A DNA stretch of 64,000 bases from Deltaproteobacteria bacterium (GTDB lineage: Bacteria; UBA10199; JACPAL01; JAHFST01), in assembly GCA_023265625.1 (NCBI GenBank), contig JAHFST010000004.1:129709-193708 (forward strand), written 5' to 3'. A model generated the notes under the pieces. It ran no database searches. It worked only from the letters and a program-made list of their open reading frames with translations, and was not told the DNA's origin. Positions within the stretch are counted from its first letter, which is position 1, and every line of letters begins with the position of its first letter. Both the position numbers and the translations under genes were made by a program. Shown piece after piece: positions 10,237 to 20,835 of this stretch.

Positions 10237-10940
10237 AAGACTACCTATTATTTGGAGTCGCTCCCTATGTTGCCGTGACGCTGCTCTTGTCGGTCTCCCT
10301 CTGGCGTTTCTTTTTCACGCGTTACAAGTTTTCCAGTCTCTCCTCTGAATTTCTTGAGAGTAAGGACCTCTTTTGGGGATCGGTACCGTGGCACTACGGC
10401 ATTTTGGTGCTTTTTTTGGGGCATTTGATCGGGTTTCTGTTTCCGCGTGAAGTGACCCTTTGGAACAGCATTCCGATCCGTCTGATTATTTTGGAGGCCA
10501 CCGCCCTAACTTTCGGACTCCTAGCCTTGGTGGGCCTGGTGCTGCTGATCAAACGTCGTATGACTCATCCTCGTATTCGTGTCGTCACCTCCTGGATGGA
10601 TATTGTCGTCCTGGTCCTGTTACTAATCCAGGTCGTTTCAGGATTGAGCACGGCCATCATCGATCGGTGGGGATCGTCGTGGTATGTGGCCACATTGGTT
10701 CCTTACGTTCGGTCCGTATTGTCTCTAGCCCCGAATGTCGAACTGATCTCGGGGATGTCGTGGCTGGTCAAAACACACGTCTTGGGGGCCATTGTCATCA
10801 TTGGCATCCTGCCGTTTACCCGACTCGTCCATTTTCTCGTTCCCCCGGTTTCTTACCTTTGGCGTCCGTACCAGTTGGTCATTTGGAACTGGGATCGAAG
10901 GACAATTCGAGTTCCGTCAACGAAAAAAAAGGCGCATTGA
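10233..10940 (+). CDS. narI: Nitrate reductase gamma subunit (cytochrome b)
   Basis: PY, SSEFLE, WHYGIL..GH, KTH, PFTRLVH; GTG start overlaps the narJ stop (GTGA) with a GGAGGG SD. Confidence 0.93.
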   Translation: MKDYLLFGVAPYVAVTLLLSVSLWRFFFTRYKFSSLSSEFLESKDLFWGSVPWHYGILVLFLGHLIGFLFPREVTLWNSIPIRLIILEATALTFGLLALVGLVLLIKRRMTHPRIRVVTSWMDIVVLVLLLIQVVSGLSTAIIDRWGSSWYVATLVPYVRSVLSLAPNVELISGMSWLVKTHVLGAIVIIGILPFTRLVHFLVPPVSYLWRPYQLVIWNWDRRTIRVPSTKKKAH

Positions 10941-12436
10941 TGATTGGCGAAAAACAACAAGCGGTTACCGCCCTATTTTTCAGCACACTGGCCTTCACGG
11001 TCTGCTTTGCCTGCTGGATGATGAACGGCGTGCTCGTGACCTTTCTCGTCGACAATGGCGCTTATGGTTGGAACAAGGCGCAGATCGGCTGGTTGATCGG
11101 GATTCCGGTGCTGACAGGCTCCATCATGCGTCTCCCGTTGGGAATGCTGACCGATAAATATGGCGGCAAGATTATCCTGACACTACTCATGATCGTCTCG
11201 GCCCTTCCGATGTATCTGATGAGTCGCGCCGATAGTTATGCTCAATTCATTTTAGGTAGCCTGGGTTTTGGACTGGTAGGGGCCTCTTTCTCTGTGGGGA
11301 TCGCCTACACCTCGGTCTGGTTCCCCAAAGAAAAACAGGGAACCGCACTCGGGATCTTTGGTATGGGCAACGCGGGGTCCGCCCTGACCAGTCTCGGTGC
11401 GCCGCTGATCCTGAAACATTTGACGAATAATGCCGCTGCCATCGAGGGCTGGCGGAATCTTCCCAAGATTTATGCGGCCATTCTTTTGGGAATGGCCGCT
11501 CTTTTTTTTCTAGCAACACATGCAAGAAAGGTTGCCTCTGAGGGCAAGACCCTTGTCCAGCAATTGGCTCCCTTGAAAGAAATCCGTGTTTGGCGTTTCG
11601 GCCTGTATTATTTTCTGGTCTTCGGCGGTTTCGTGGCCCTCGCCCAGTGGCTGATCCCCTACTACGTGAATGTCTACACCATGTCGATTGCGATGGCCGG
11701 CATGATGGCCTCGATCTTTTCCCTCCCGTCGGGGGTCATTCGCGCCTTTGGCGGATGGCTCTCCGACAAATTCGGCGCGCGTCGCGTGATGTATTGGGTC
11801 TTGGGTTCGTGTTGTGCGGCCTCCCTGCTCCTGATCGTTCCAAGGATGGATATCTACTCTCCAGGCGGTGGTGTCATGGCCCTGTCGGGTGGGACCGTGT
11901 CTGAATTGACGGACCATGAAATTGTCATCAGCGGCATCGTGACCAAAAAATACGCGTTCAAACCTAAAGAAACGGTGCAGGGCTTGGCAGAAGATAGAGA
12001 CATCCTGATTCTGCCCACCTCCCGCTTTTGGCAGGAACCGGCGGTAAAAGTCGGAGACGTTGTCAAAAAGAAACAGCTCTTGGCCAAGGGGCTCACCCAC
12101 GTTTATTTCCAGGCAAACGTCTGGATCTTCACCTTTCTGGTCTTTGTCGTCGGCATCATGATGGGCATTGGCAAGGCCGCGGTCTACAAACACATCCCGG
12201 ATTACTTCCCTCAAGAAGTCGGCGTGGTGGGAGGGATCGTCGGCGTCATTGGCGGGCTGGGTGGATTCATTGGCCCCATTATCTTCGGCTATCTGCTCGA
12301 TTTAACCGGCATCTGGACCACCGCCTGGATGTTCTTTGCCGCCCTGTCGCTCATCAGCCTGCTGTGGATGCATTGGGTCATACAAAAAATGATGCGGCAA
12401 AAGGTGCCGGGACTCATGAACCAGATGGAGACATAA
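10940..12436 (+). CDS. narK: NarK1-type nitrate/nitrite MFS transporter with an inserted soluble domain
   Basis: ALGIFGMGNAG, FGGFVALA, GIGKAAVYK nitrate-signature motifs; ATG overlaps the narI stop. Confidence 0.92.
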   Translation: MIGEKQQAVTALFFSTLAFTVCFACWMMNGVLVTFLVDNGAYGWNKAQIGWLIGIPVLTGSIMRLPLGMLTDKYGGKIILTLLMIVSALPMYLMSRADSYAQFILGSLGFGLVGASFSVGIAYTSVWFPKEKQGTALGIFGMGNAGSALTSLGAPLILKHLTNNAAAIEGWRNLPKIYAAILLGMAALFFLATHARKVASEGKTLVQQLAPLKEIRVWRFGLYYFLVFGGFVALAQWLIPYYVNVYTMSIAMAGMMASIFSLPSGVIRAFGGWLSDKFGARRVMYWVLGSCCAASLLLIVPRMDIYSPGGGVMALSGGTVSELTDHEIVISGIVTKKYAFKPKETVQGLAEDRDILILPTSRFWQEPAVKVGDVVKKKQLLAKGLTHVYFQANVWIFTFLVFVVGIMMGIGKAAVYKHIPDYFPQEVGVVGGIVGVIGGLGGFIGPIIFGYLLDLTGIWTTAWMFFAALSLISLLWMHWVIQKMMRQKVPGLMNQMET

Positions 12437-12437
12437 T

Positions 12438-13766
12438 ATGGAAAACGATCCAAACATTGCAGAGTGGACCCCGGAGGATCCTGTATTTTGGCAAAAAACC
12501 GGCAGCCGTATCGCGTGGCGCACGCTCATTTTGACCACCATGAGCCTCACGCTCTCTTTTGCCACCTGGTTTGTGATCAGCGCGGTCGTGGTGCGTCTCC
12601 CCAACATCGGATTCAAATTTGACAACATGCAACTCTTCTGGCTCACCGCCATGCCGGGGCTGGCGGGAGGCACGCTGCGCATCATCCATATGTTTTTAGT
12701 CCCCCTCTATGGCACCCGAAAGGTCATCTCCACGGCGACCTTCCTCAAGATCCTTCCCATGTTGGGCCTTGGCTTTGCCGTAATGAACCCCAACACGCCT
12801 TTTTGGGTTTTCATGGTCCTGGCCTTCTTCGCCGGATTTGGTGGCGGTGACTTTTCATCCTTCATGCCCAGCACCAGTATCTTCTTCCCCAAACGCCTGC
12901 AAGGGACGGCCCTGGGGATTCAGGCCGGGATTGGAAATTTTGGCGTCAGCCTCACGCAATTTATCACCCCCTGGATTATCGGGTTTGCCTTTTTGGGAGG
13001 AACCCTGGGTGGGCCCCAAACCTTTACCAAGGGGACGGTCGTCAAATCCCTTTGGCTCCAGAATGCCGCCTTTTGGTACATCCCGTTCCTCCTCGTGATT
13101 GGCCTATTATGCGCGCTCTACTTAAGACGAATTCCCGTCACGGCCACCTTCTCACAACAACTCGACATCTTTAAGGAGAAGCATAATTGGATCATGACCT
13201 CTCTCTACGTGATGACCTTCGGCTCCTTTTCCGGCTACGCCGCGGCATTCCCATTGTTGATCAAATCGGTCTACGGAAAATTTCCCGATGCGCCCGATCC
13301 GCTCCGCTATGCCTTCTATGGCCCTCTGATCGGCTCTACAGTTCGTGTCCTGATGGGGCCACCCTCGGATAAATGGGGCGGGGCGATCATCACACAATGG
13401 AGTGGGATTGGCCTGATCATTTGTGCCCTGATCGTACCCAACTATCTTACCCCAACCTCCATGGAACAATTTCCACATTTCGTCGCCTTGATGCTCGGAC
13501 TTTTTTTCTTTGCCGGAGTGGGCAATGCCTCCACCTTTCGTCAAATCCCCGTGATTTTTCCGCCACGACAGGCCGGGGGCGTATTGGGATGGACGGCCGC
13601 CGTGGCCGCTTACGGACCGTTTATTTTTTCCACCTTGATCGGCGTCGTGATGGCCAAAACCGGTTCCCCCAAAAATTTCTTTTACGGCGCCGCCGTATTC
13701 TACGCCGTCAACGTGGTCATTAACTGGTGGTATTACCAAAGAAAGGGATGTGAGAAACCGTGCTGA
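12438..13766 (+). CDS. narK: NarK2-type nitrate/nitrite antiporter
   Basis: WTPEDPVFW, GFGGGDFSSFM, GIGNFG, FGSFSGY, GVGNASTFRQI. Confidence 0.92.
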   Translation: MENDPNIAEWTPEDPVFWQKTGSRIAWRTLILTTMSLTLSFATWFVISAVVVRLPNIGFKFDNMQLFWLTAMPGLAGGTLRIIHMFLVPLYGTRKVISTATFLKILPMLGLGFAVMNPNTPFWVFMVLAFFAGFGGGDFSSFMPSTSIFFPKRLQGTALGIQAGIGNFGVSLTQFITPWIIGFAFLGGTLGGPQTFTKGTVVKSLWLQNAAFWYIPFLLVIGLLCALYLRRIPVTATFSQQLDIFKEKHNWIMTSLYVMTFGSFSGYAAAFPLLIKSVYGKFPDAPDPLRYAFYGPLIGSTVRVLMGPPSDKWGGAIITQWSGIGLIICALIVPNYLTPTSMEQFPHFVALMLGLFFFAGVGNASTFRQIPVIFPPRQAGGVLGWTAAVAAYGPFIFSTLIGVVMAKTGSPKNFFYGAAVFYAVNVVINWWYYQRKGCEKPC

Positions 13767-14332
13767 GAAAAGTTTTCATCGGCACGGCACTGCTCGCGAC
13801 GATCATTTTGATCATCTCTTTAATCATTCAGGAATCGCGACGGGTGGGCAGCAATCAGGGTTACGAACCCGACCAGCCGATCGCTTACTCTCACAAGGTT
13901 CACGCCGGGGATAACAAGATCCCCTGCCTCTACTGTCACTTTGGCGCTGAACAGGGCCGCCACGCCGGGATCCCACCGGCCAATGTTTGCATGAACTGTC
14001 ATAGCAAGATTAAAAAAGATTCGCCCGAGATCGTGAAGCTTCGCGAGGCCATTGATAAAAACCAACCCATCGATTGGATCAAGGTGCATCGGTTACCGGA
14101 CTTTGCCTACTTTAATCACAGCCAACATGTGACGGCGAATGTCCCCTGTCAGGAATGTCACGGACCGGTCGAAACCATGACCCGGATGCGCCAAGATCAA
14201 CCGCTCACGATGGGGTGGTGCATCAGCTGTCACCGTGAGCGTGGCATCATGCCACCGGAAGAGCATCAAGACTTGAATCGGGACAAGACAAAGGCAATCG
14301 GCGGGATGGATTGCGCCAAATGTCATTATTGA
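13760..14332 (+). CDS. actA: Alternative complex III pentaheme cytochrome c
   Basis: N-terminal TM helix, QPIAYSHKVH, five CxxCH, LTMGWCISCH. Confidence 0.9.
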   Translation: MLRKVFIGTALLATIILIISLIIQESRRVGSNQGYEPDQPIAYSHKVHAGDNKIPCLYCHFGAEQGRHAGIPPANVCMNCHSKIKKDSPEIVKLREAIDKNQPIDWIKVHRLPDFAYFNHSQHVTANVPCQECHGPVETMTRMRQDQPLTMGWCISCHRERGIMPPEEHQDLNRDKTKAIGGMDCAKCHY

Positions 14333-14333
14333 T

Positions 14334-17192
14334 ATGAATAGCGACGATAAAAAATACTGGAAGGGTCTTGAAGAACTTCGTGAAGAACCACAATTTCTCG
14401 AAGTGCGCTCCAAGGAGTTTCCCGAAGAAATCTCCCAGACCACGCGCCGCAATTTTTTAAAACTGATGGGTTTTAGTTTCACGGGTGCCGCCCTGGCCGC
14501 CTGCGCGCGCATGCCTGTCGAAAAGGCCATCCCGTTCCTGATCAAGCCGGAAGAGGTCGTGCCGGGAGTGGCCAATTGGTACGCCACCACCTGCGCGGGC
14601 TGTACGGCCTCCTGCGGCCTTTTGGCAAAGGTCCGAGACGGTCGCCCCATCAAAATCGAGGGCAATGCCGAATCGCCCCTGTTTCAGGGAGGCGCCTGCG
14701 CCGTGGGACAGGCGACGGTGCTCTCGCTCTATGATGATGAACGATTAAAAAAACCTCTTTGGCTCGGAAATGCCGCTTCCTGGGAAGAGATCGATCAATC
14801 CATTGGAAAGGAACTGAAGGACATCGTCAACCGAGGCGGCAAAATAGTCATCCTCTCCGGAACCATCGTCAGCCCGACCACTCGAGCGCTGCTCAACGAG
14901 TGGTGCCAGACATTTACCAATGCTAGGCATGTTGTTTACGATGCGGTCTCCGCTTCCGCAATCCTCTCGGCCAACGAAAAAAGTTTTGGGGTGAAGGCCC
15001 TGCCCCACTATCGGTTCGATTTGGCAAAACTGGTGGTCGGATTGAACGCCGACTTTCTGGGCACCTGGATTTCGCCCGTTGAATTCACCCGAGCCTACAC
15101 CCAGCATCGCATGCCCAGTCATGACATGACGCGACACATCCAGTTCGAGTCCGGCATGTCGCTGACGGGCAGCAATGCCGATCGGCGCATCCCGATCAAC
15201 CCCTCGGAAGAAGGACCCACCGCCCTCACCCTGCTGAAAGAAATTTCCAACCTAAAAAGCGGCGCAGGTTCCAGTAACGAAACAGCCCAGGATCTTTGGA
15301 AACACCGGGGCGAGTCCCTGGTCGTCAGTGGCTCGAACCATGTGGATGTCCAAATCGTCGTCAATGCGATGAATGCCCTGTTGGGTAACATCGGCAAGAC
15401 GGTCGATCTGGACAATGTCTCCTTGCAAAAACAGGGCGTCGACGATGAGATGAACCGCCTCGTGGACGAGATGAACCGGGGAGAAATCCAGGGCCTGATC
15501 CTTTACGGGGTCAATCCGGCTTATGATTTTCCCGATTCAGATCGGTTCATTTCAGGCTTAAAAAAAGTCCCCTGCAGCGTTTCATTCTCGGATCGACTCG
15601 ATGAAACCTCGAGTTTGGTGCAGGCCGTCTGTCCGGATGCCCATTTCCTGGAATCGTGGAATGACGCGGAGCCGGTTCAGGGGGCCTTGAGCCTGACTCA
15701 ACCGGTTTTGCGACCGCTCTTTGCAACCCGATCCGCCCAGGAGAGCTTGCTTACATGGATGGGAAAGAATGTCGATTACTACACCTACCTCAGGGACTAC
15801 TGGCGCGAGAAAATCTACCCCTTGAGTACGGGCCTCTATCTCACCTTCGACAACTTCTGGGATCTCTCGGTGCAAAATGGGGTATTATCTTTACCCGCAC
15901 AAACGCCAACCGAGAGAAATTTTTCAGGCAGCGTCCCGATCGCCTTCCAAAATCCACCCAAGGGTCTTGAAGTGCATCTTTACGAAAAAATCGGCCTCCG
16001 CGACGGCCGTCATGCCAACAATCCCTGGCTTCAGGAGCTCCCGGATCCCGTGACAAAAATCACCTGGGACAACTACGCCGCTCTTTCGCCCAAAACCGCC
16101 TCAGCCCTGGGACTAGAGGAGGGCGATGTCGTTCTTGTGAAAAACGACTATGTCTCTCTGGAACTACCCGTACAGATCCAACCGGGACAAGCCGCCCTGA
16201 CTGTTTCTGTCGCCTTGGGTTATGGACGAACCCATTGCGGTAAGGCGGGAAACAACGTCGGAGTCAATGCCTATCCCCTGATCCCCCACCCAACCGGTTT
16301 TCGCGTGGAAAAGACGGGGCGAAAGGTCGCGCTGGCCGCCACGCAAACCCATCACTCGATGGAAGGACGTCCCATCGTCAAGGAAACGATCCTGGCCGAA
16401 TATATCAACAATCCTTCCGCCGGAAACGAGGAACACGAAAAACTCCTCACCCTGTGGGAGGAATGGCCAAAAGAAGGTCGCGCGTGGGGGATGTCCATCG
16501 ATCTAAACGCCTGCACCGGTTGCTCCGCCTGCATCATCAGTTGCCAGGCGGAGAATAACGTCCCCGTGGTTGGCAAAGACGAAGTGACGCGACGCCGTGA
16601 AATGCATTGGATCCGATTGGATCGTTACTACAGCGGGCCGGAGGAAAATCCCGAAACGGTGCATCAACCCATGATGTGCCAACATTGCGGAAATGCCCCC
16701 TGCGAGACGGTCTGCCCGGTGCTCGCCACGGTGCACAGCACCGACGGCCTGAATCAACAAGTCTATAACCGCTGCGTCGGGACGCGTTATTGCGCGAACA
16801 ATTGTCCCTACAAAGTGCGGCGCTTCAACTGGTTCGATTACGCCCACAATGACCAGTTTGATTACACCATGAACAGCGAGCTGGGCACGATGGTCTTAAA
16901 TCCGGACATCGTGGTCCGTTCCCGCGGCGTGATGGAAAAATGCTCGCTGTGCATCCAACGCATTCAGGAAGGCAAGCTGCAAGCCAAGAGAGAGGGGCGC
17001 CCCTTGAAAGATGGAGAGATCCGGGTGGCCTGCGAGCAATCGTGTCCCGCCCAGGCGATTACATTCGGGGATTTAAATGAGAAAGAAAGCCGTGTGGCCC
17101 AACAAAATCACGACGGACGTTTTTATCATGTCCTGGAGGAACTCAATGTCAGGCCAGTGGTCGGGTATTTAACAAAGGTAAGGAACAAATGA
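14334..17192 (+). CDS. actB: Alternative complex III ActB (molybdopterin-oxidoreductase-like domain fused to Fe-S domain)
   Basis: [74 protein letters not shown]. Confidence 0.93.
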   Translation: MNSDDKKYWKGLEELREEPQFLEVRSKEFPEEISQTTRRNFLKLMGFSFTGAALAACARMPVEKAIPFLIKPEEVVPGVANWYATTCAGCTASCGLLAKVRDGRPIKIEGNAESPLFQGGACAVGQATVLSLYDDERLKKPLWLGNAASWEEIDQSIGKELKDIVNRGGKIVILSGTIVSPTTRALLNEWCQTFTNARHVVYDAVSASAILSANEKSFGVKALPHYRFDLAKLVVGLNADFLGTWISPVEFTRAYTQHRMPSHDMTRHIQFESGMSLTGSNADRRIPINPSEEGPTALTLLKEISNLKSGAGSSNETAQDLWKHRGESLVVSGSNHVDVQIVVNAMNALLGNIGKTVDLDNVSLQKQGVDDEMNRLVDEMNRGEIQGLILYGVNPAYDFPDSDRFISGLKKVPCSVSFSDRLDETSSLVQAVCPDAHFLESWNDAEPVQGALSLTQPVLRPLFATRSAQESLLTWMGKNVDYYTYLRDYWREKIYPLSTGLYLTFDNFWDLSVQNGVLSLPAQTPTERNFSGSVPIAFQNPPKGLEVHLYEKIGLRDGRHANNPWLQELPDPVTKITWDNYAALSPKTASALGLEEGDVVLVKNDYVSLELPVQIQPGQAALTVSVALGYGRTHCGKAGNNVGVNAYPLIPHPTGFRVEKTGRKVALAATQTHHSMEGRPIVKETILAEYINNPSAGNEEHEKLLTLWEEWPKEGRAWGMSIDLNACTGCSACIISCQAENNVPVVGKDEVTRRREMHWIRLDRYYSGPEENPETVHQPMMCQHCGNAPCETVCPVLATVHSTDGLNQQVYNRCVGTRYCANNCPYKVRRFNWFDYAHNDQFDYTMNSELGTMVLNPDIVVRSRGVMEKCSLCIQRIQEGKLQAKREGRPLKDGEIRVACEQSCPAQAITFGDLNEKESRVAQQNHDGRFYHVLEELNVRPVVGYLTKVRNK

Positions 17193-18550
17193 TTCATCCC
17201 CCATTGATCGACGGTCGTCCAACCGTACAGCAGGTGACGAAGGACATCTGCCGTCCCTTGCATGCACGACCGGGGCTAGCCTGGATCGCGGCATTTTTGT
17301 GCGCCCTGACGGCCCTCCTCATGGGTGTCGGCCTGGTCACCTATGAAATCAGGACCGGCATCGGGACCTGGGGCTTGAACAAGACCATTGGCTGGGCCTT
17401 TGATATTACCAACTTTGTTTTTTGGGTCGGGATCGGGCATGCCGGGACCTTGATTTCGGCGATCCTGCTGCTCTTCCGGCAAAAATGGCGGACGTCCATC
17501 AACCGGGCCGCCGAGGCGATGACCATCTTTGCCGTGCTTTGTGCGGCCGTCTTTCCCGTGATCCATATGGGGCGGCCCTGGCTGGCCTTCTGGGTTTTTC
17601 CCTATCCCAACACGCGCGGCCCCTTGTGGGTAAATTTTCGTTCGCCGCTCTTGTGGGATGTTTTTGCCATCAGCACCTATTTCACCATCTCGTTGGTCTT
17701 TTGGTACATCGGGATGATCCCGGATCTGGCCACTTTTCGGGATCGCGCCGAAAAAAAATGGCAAAAAGTTGTTTACGGTTTTTTGAGTGTCGGCTGGAAC
17801 GGCTCCAACCGGACGTGGAGTCGTTACGAGACGCTCTGTTTGATTTTGGCGGGATTGGCCACACCCCTGGTCGTCTCCGTCCATACGATTGTGAGCATGG
17901 ATTTTGCCACGTCCGTCATCCCCGGTTGGCATACAACCATCTTCCCGCCCTACTTCGTGGTCGGGGCCGTTTTTTCGGGTTTTGCGATGGTGACGACGCT
18001 GCTCATTGTCACGCGCAAGGTGATGAACCTCGAGAATTACATCACCATGAGACATTTGGAGGCCGTCGCCAAGGTCATCCTCACAACGGGATCCATTGTC
18101 GGCCTCGCCTATCTCACCGAACTCTTTACGTCCTGGTATAGCGGCAGTTCTTACGAACAATTCGCGTTCAAAAATCGCATCATCGGCCCCTATGGCTGGA
18201 CCTACGTCATCATGGTGACCTGCAATGTCATCACCCCGCAATTCCTGTGGGTCAAGAAAATCCGCACAAACATTGTCACGCTCTTCATCATTTCTATCAT
18301 CGTTAATATCGGGATGTGGTTCGAACGCTTTGTCATCATCATGACGTCCCTGCATCGAGATTACCTGCCTTCAAGCTGGGCCATGTACCGACCCACCTTT
18401 GTCGAAGTGGGCACGTTGATCGGCACCTTTGGGCTGTTCTTCACCTGTTTTCTCATTTTTGCGCGGGTCTTACCGGTCATTGCAATGTGGGAGGTAAAAC
18501 CATTGGCGGCAGAACTGATTTCGCCTCATCGGGAGTCTTCTCATGGTTAA
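17189..18550 (+). CDS. actC: Alternative complex III ActC (NrfD/PsrC quinol-binding subunit)
   Basis: [49 protein letters not shown]. Confidence 0.93.
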   Translation: MIHPPLIDGRPTVQQVTKDICRPLHARPGLAWIAAFLCALTALLMGVGLVTYEIRTGIGTWGLNKTIGWAFDITNFVFWVGIGHAGTLISAILLLFRQKWRTSINRAAEAMTIFAVLCAAVFPVIHMGRPWLAFWVFPYPNTRGPLWVNFRSPLLWDVFAISTYFTISLVFWYIGMIPDLATFRDRAEKKWQKVVYGFLSVGWNGSNRTWSRYETLCLILAGLATPLVVSVHTIVSMDFATSVIPGWHTTIFPPYFVVGAVFSGFAMVTTLLIVTRKVMNLENYITMRHLEAVAKVILTTGSIVGLAYLTELFTSWYSGSSYEQFAFKNRIIGPYGWTYVIMVTCNVITPQFLWVKKIRTNIVTLFIISIIVNIGMWFERFVIIMTSLHRDYLPSSWAMYRPTFVEVGTLIGTFGLFFTCFLIFARVLPVIAMWEVKPLAAELISPHRESSHG

Positions 18551-19067
18551 AAATTTTATGGTCGGGGTTTTTTCCGATGAGCAAAAATTGCTGAAAACCG
18601 TCTGCGCCCTGCGCGGGGTAGGATTTCAGATTCACGACGTGTTTACACCCTATGTGGTTCATGGGTTGGACGACGCCATGGGGCTGCGTCGATCACGCTT
18701 GGGCGTCGTCACCTTTCTGGCGGGTCTGACAGGGCTGGCACTGGCCATGGCCTTGCAGTTTTGGACCGCGGTCTTTGACTGGAGGATCAACGTGGGGGGT
18801 AAACCCGACAACTCCACCCTCGCGTTTCTTCCGGTGGCCTTTGAAATCACAGTCTTGATCGGCGGATTGGCCACGGCCCTTGCCTTCTTTCTCCGAAGCC
18901 AACTGTTTCCAGGTTCCAAGCTGAGAATTTTTAACCGGCACATCACCGATCATCTTTTTGCCGTCGTGCTTGAGATAAGGGATGCCTCCATCAATCCGGA
19001 CAAGGCCAGGAAGATTTTTTGGGACATGGGAGTCTTGGAGGTTCGTGAAGAAAGTGTAAACACATGA
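18543..19067 (+). CDS. actD: Alternative complex III ActD (DUF3341)
   Basis: [30 protein letters not shown]. Confidence 0.9.
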   Translation: MVKNFMVGVFSDEQKLLKTVCALRGVGFQIHDVFTPYVVHGLDDAMGLRRSRLGVVTFLAGLTGLALAMALQFWTAVFDWRINVGGKPDNSTLAFLPVAFEITVLIGGLATALAFFLRSQLFPGSKLRIFNRHITDHLFAVVLEIRDASINPDKARKIFWDMGVLEVREESVNT

Positions 19068-19630
19068 AATTATCTCCGCTCATTCCTTATATCGCCATCG
19101 CTTGTTCTTTGATGGCCTGTGAACGTAATCCCAAAAAAACGGGATATGAACTCCTGCCGGATATGGCGCATTCCATGCCTTACGACGCCTTTGCGCCAAA
19201 CCCCGTCACCCGGGATGGAAAAACACTCCAACTGCCCCCACCGGGCTCCATTCCGCGCGGTTTTCTGCCGTATCATTACGGCAACACACCCGAAGAAGCG
19301 GAACGCGCCGGCCGCGAAGTGACCAATCCCATTCCGGTGACGCCGGCGTCCCTGGCGCGCGGCAAGAAGGTCTATGAAACTTTTTGCTCCGTCTGTCACG
19401 GCGATCAAGGCAAAGGCGATGGCCCCTTGATCCCCAAGTTCCCGAATCCTCCATCCTACACGTCGAAAAAAGTTCAGGATTATCCGGAAGGACGGCTCTT
19501 TCACATCATCACCCAAGGATCTGGGATGATGGCCTCCTACGCCTCGCAGATTTCCCCGGAAGACCGATGGAAGGTGGTGCAGTACGTCCAGACCTTGCAA
19601 CACCCGCATCCGGTGGAGGTGGCCAAATGA
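19064..19630 (+). CDS. actE: Alternative complex III ActE monoheme cytochrome c lipoprotein
   Basis: Lipobox LMAC, PDM, PPGSIPRG, CSVCHG..GDG, M.SYASQI..DRW. Confidence 0.9.
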   Translation: MKLSPLIPYIAIACSLMACERNPKKTGYELLPDMAHSMPYDAFAPNPVTRDGKTLQLPPPGSIPRGFLPYHYGNTPEEAERAGREVTNPIPVTPASLARGKKVYETFCSVCHGDQGKGDGPLIPKFPNPPSYTSKKVQDYPEGRLFHIITQGSGMMASYASQISPEDRWKVVQYVQTLQHPHPVEVAK

Positions 19631-20769
19631 ATCAGGAACGCTTTCGCATCTCAAATAAACAGAGAAAGTTTGCCTTCTCTTTGTTGGGGCTGGGCGGCTT
19701 GGCAGTGGCCATTGCCTTTTTTCTGGATCCACAACGCGCCTGGGCCAACATCCTGCTGAATAACGTCTACTTTTTATTCTTGGCCGTTTCCGGACTCGTC
19801 TTTATCGCCATCCATTATTTGACCAGCGCGGGTTGGTGGGTGGGACTGCGTAGGATTCCGGAGGCGATGACCGCGTTCATCCCCGTGGGCGGGGGATTGA
19901 TGCTCCTGCTGTTCTTTGGCCGGCATTCCCTCTATGAATGGACGGATACCGAAACCGTGGCGCACGACGCCGTCTTGTTGGGAAAGGCCGCCTATCTCAA
20001 CACGCCCTTCTTCTTTGCCCGAATGATTGGCATCATCGCCATCTGGAGCCTCTTCGCCATGATGTTGCGAAAAAGATCCATCGAACAAGATCGCACGGGA
20101 GGTTGGTCGGCCCATCAAAACTTATACCGTCTCTCGGCGCTATTCCTCCCCGTCTTCGCCGTGACCCTCACCATCGCCAGTGTGGATTGGTTGATGTCGC
20201 TGGAACCTCACTGGTTCAGCACCATTTTTACGTTCTATACATTTTCAGGGCTTTTCCTGAACGGCATCACTTTCATCACCTTGGCGACCGTCCTGCTAAA
20301 ACAACGCGGTTACTTGCAGAGCTTCCTGAATGATGACCACCTGCATGATCTGGGCAAACTCGTTTTTGCCTTTTCCAGCTTCTGGGCCTACATCTGGGTC
20401 TGTCAATATCTCCTGATCTGGTACAGCAACATCCCCGAAGAGACGGTCTACTACCATCTGCGCACCGACATGAATTGGGGTTGGCTGTTTTTGCTAAACT
20501 TGGCCATGAATTGGGCCATCCCTTTCCTGGTCTTGCTGCCACGCTCTTCCAAGCGGAACCCCGCCGTACTCCAACGCGTCTGCGTTCTTCTTTTGATCGG
20601 GCATTGGCTAGACCTCTATATCATGGGGTTTCCACGTGTCGCCTCACTCCGCAGTATTGGCCCCTTGGAGGTCTTGATCACCATGGGTTATGCCGCTGGG
20701 TTCTTTTTAATCACCGGCCGAGCCTTGAGCCAAGCCCCCCTCGCCCCAAGGAACGACCCCTATCTATGA
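19627..20769 (+). CDS. actF: Alternative complex III ActF membrane subunit
   Basis: RRIPEA, LYEW, DWLMSLEPHWFSTIF, HLHDLGK, IWYSNIPEE; ATG overlaps the actE stop (ATGA). Confidence 0.9.
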   Translation: MNQERFRISNKQRKFAFSLLGLGGLAVAIAFFLDPQRAWANILLNNVYFLFLAVSGLVFIAIHYLTSAGWWVGLRRIPEAMTAFIPVGGGLMLLLFFGRHSLYEWTDTETVAHDAVLLGKAAYLNTPFFFARMIGIIAIWSLFAMMLRKRSIEQDRTGGWSAHQNLYRLSALFLPVFAVTLTIASVDWLMSLEPHWFSTIFTFYTFSGLFLNGITFITLATVLLKQRGYLQSFLNDDHLHDLGKLVFAFSSFWAYIWVCQYLLIWYSNIPEETVYYHLRTDMNWGWLFLLNLAMNWAIPFLVLLPRSSKRNPAVLQRVCVLLLIGHWLDLYIMGFPRVASLRSIGPLEVLITMGYAAGFFLITGRALSQAPLAPRNDPYL

Positions 20770-20779
20770 CAAAGATCAT
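20766..20779 (+). promoter_or_regulatory. FNR/CRP-family box upstream of hemerythrin-moe/moa genes
   Basis: ATGAC-AAAG-ATCAT overlapping the actF stop codon. Confidence 0.55.
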
Positions 20780-20835
20780 CTATCACCCTGCCATAAATCA
20801 TTGGCTATTTTCTCAAAAAAACATAACCTTGTCTG

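Noticed and set aside
10460..10939. ORF-track 658-aa NarK with a 160-aa N-terminal extension
   Set aside because: The extension overlaps narI in another frame and looks non-coding; the ATG at 10940 is coupled to the narI stop
19384..19626. Upstream extensions of actF, cyclase 1 (42150), narG (4496), moaA (24035) and the decaheme gene (56671)
   Set aside because: They overlap neighbouring genes or a REP; downstream starts have an SD or stop-start coupling
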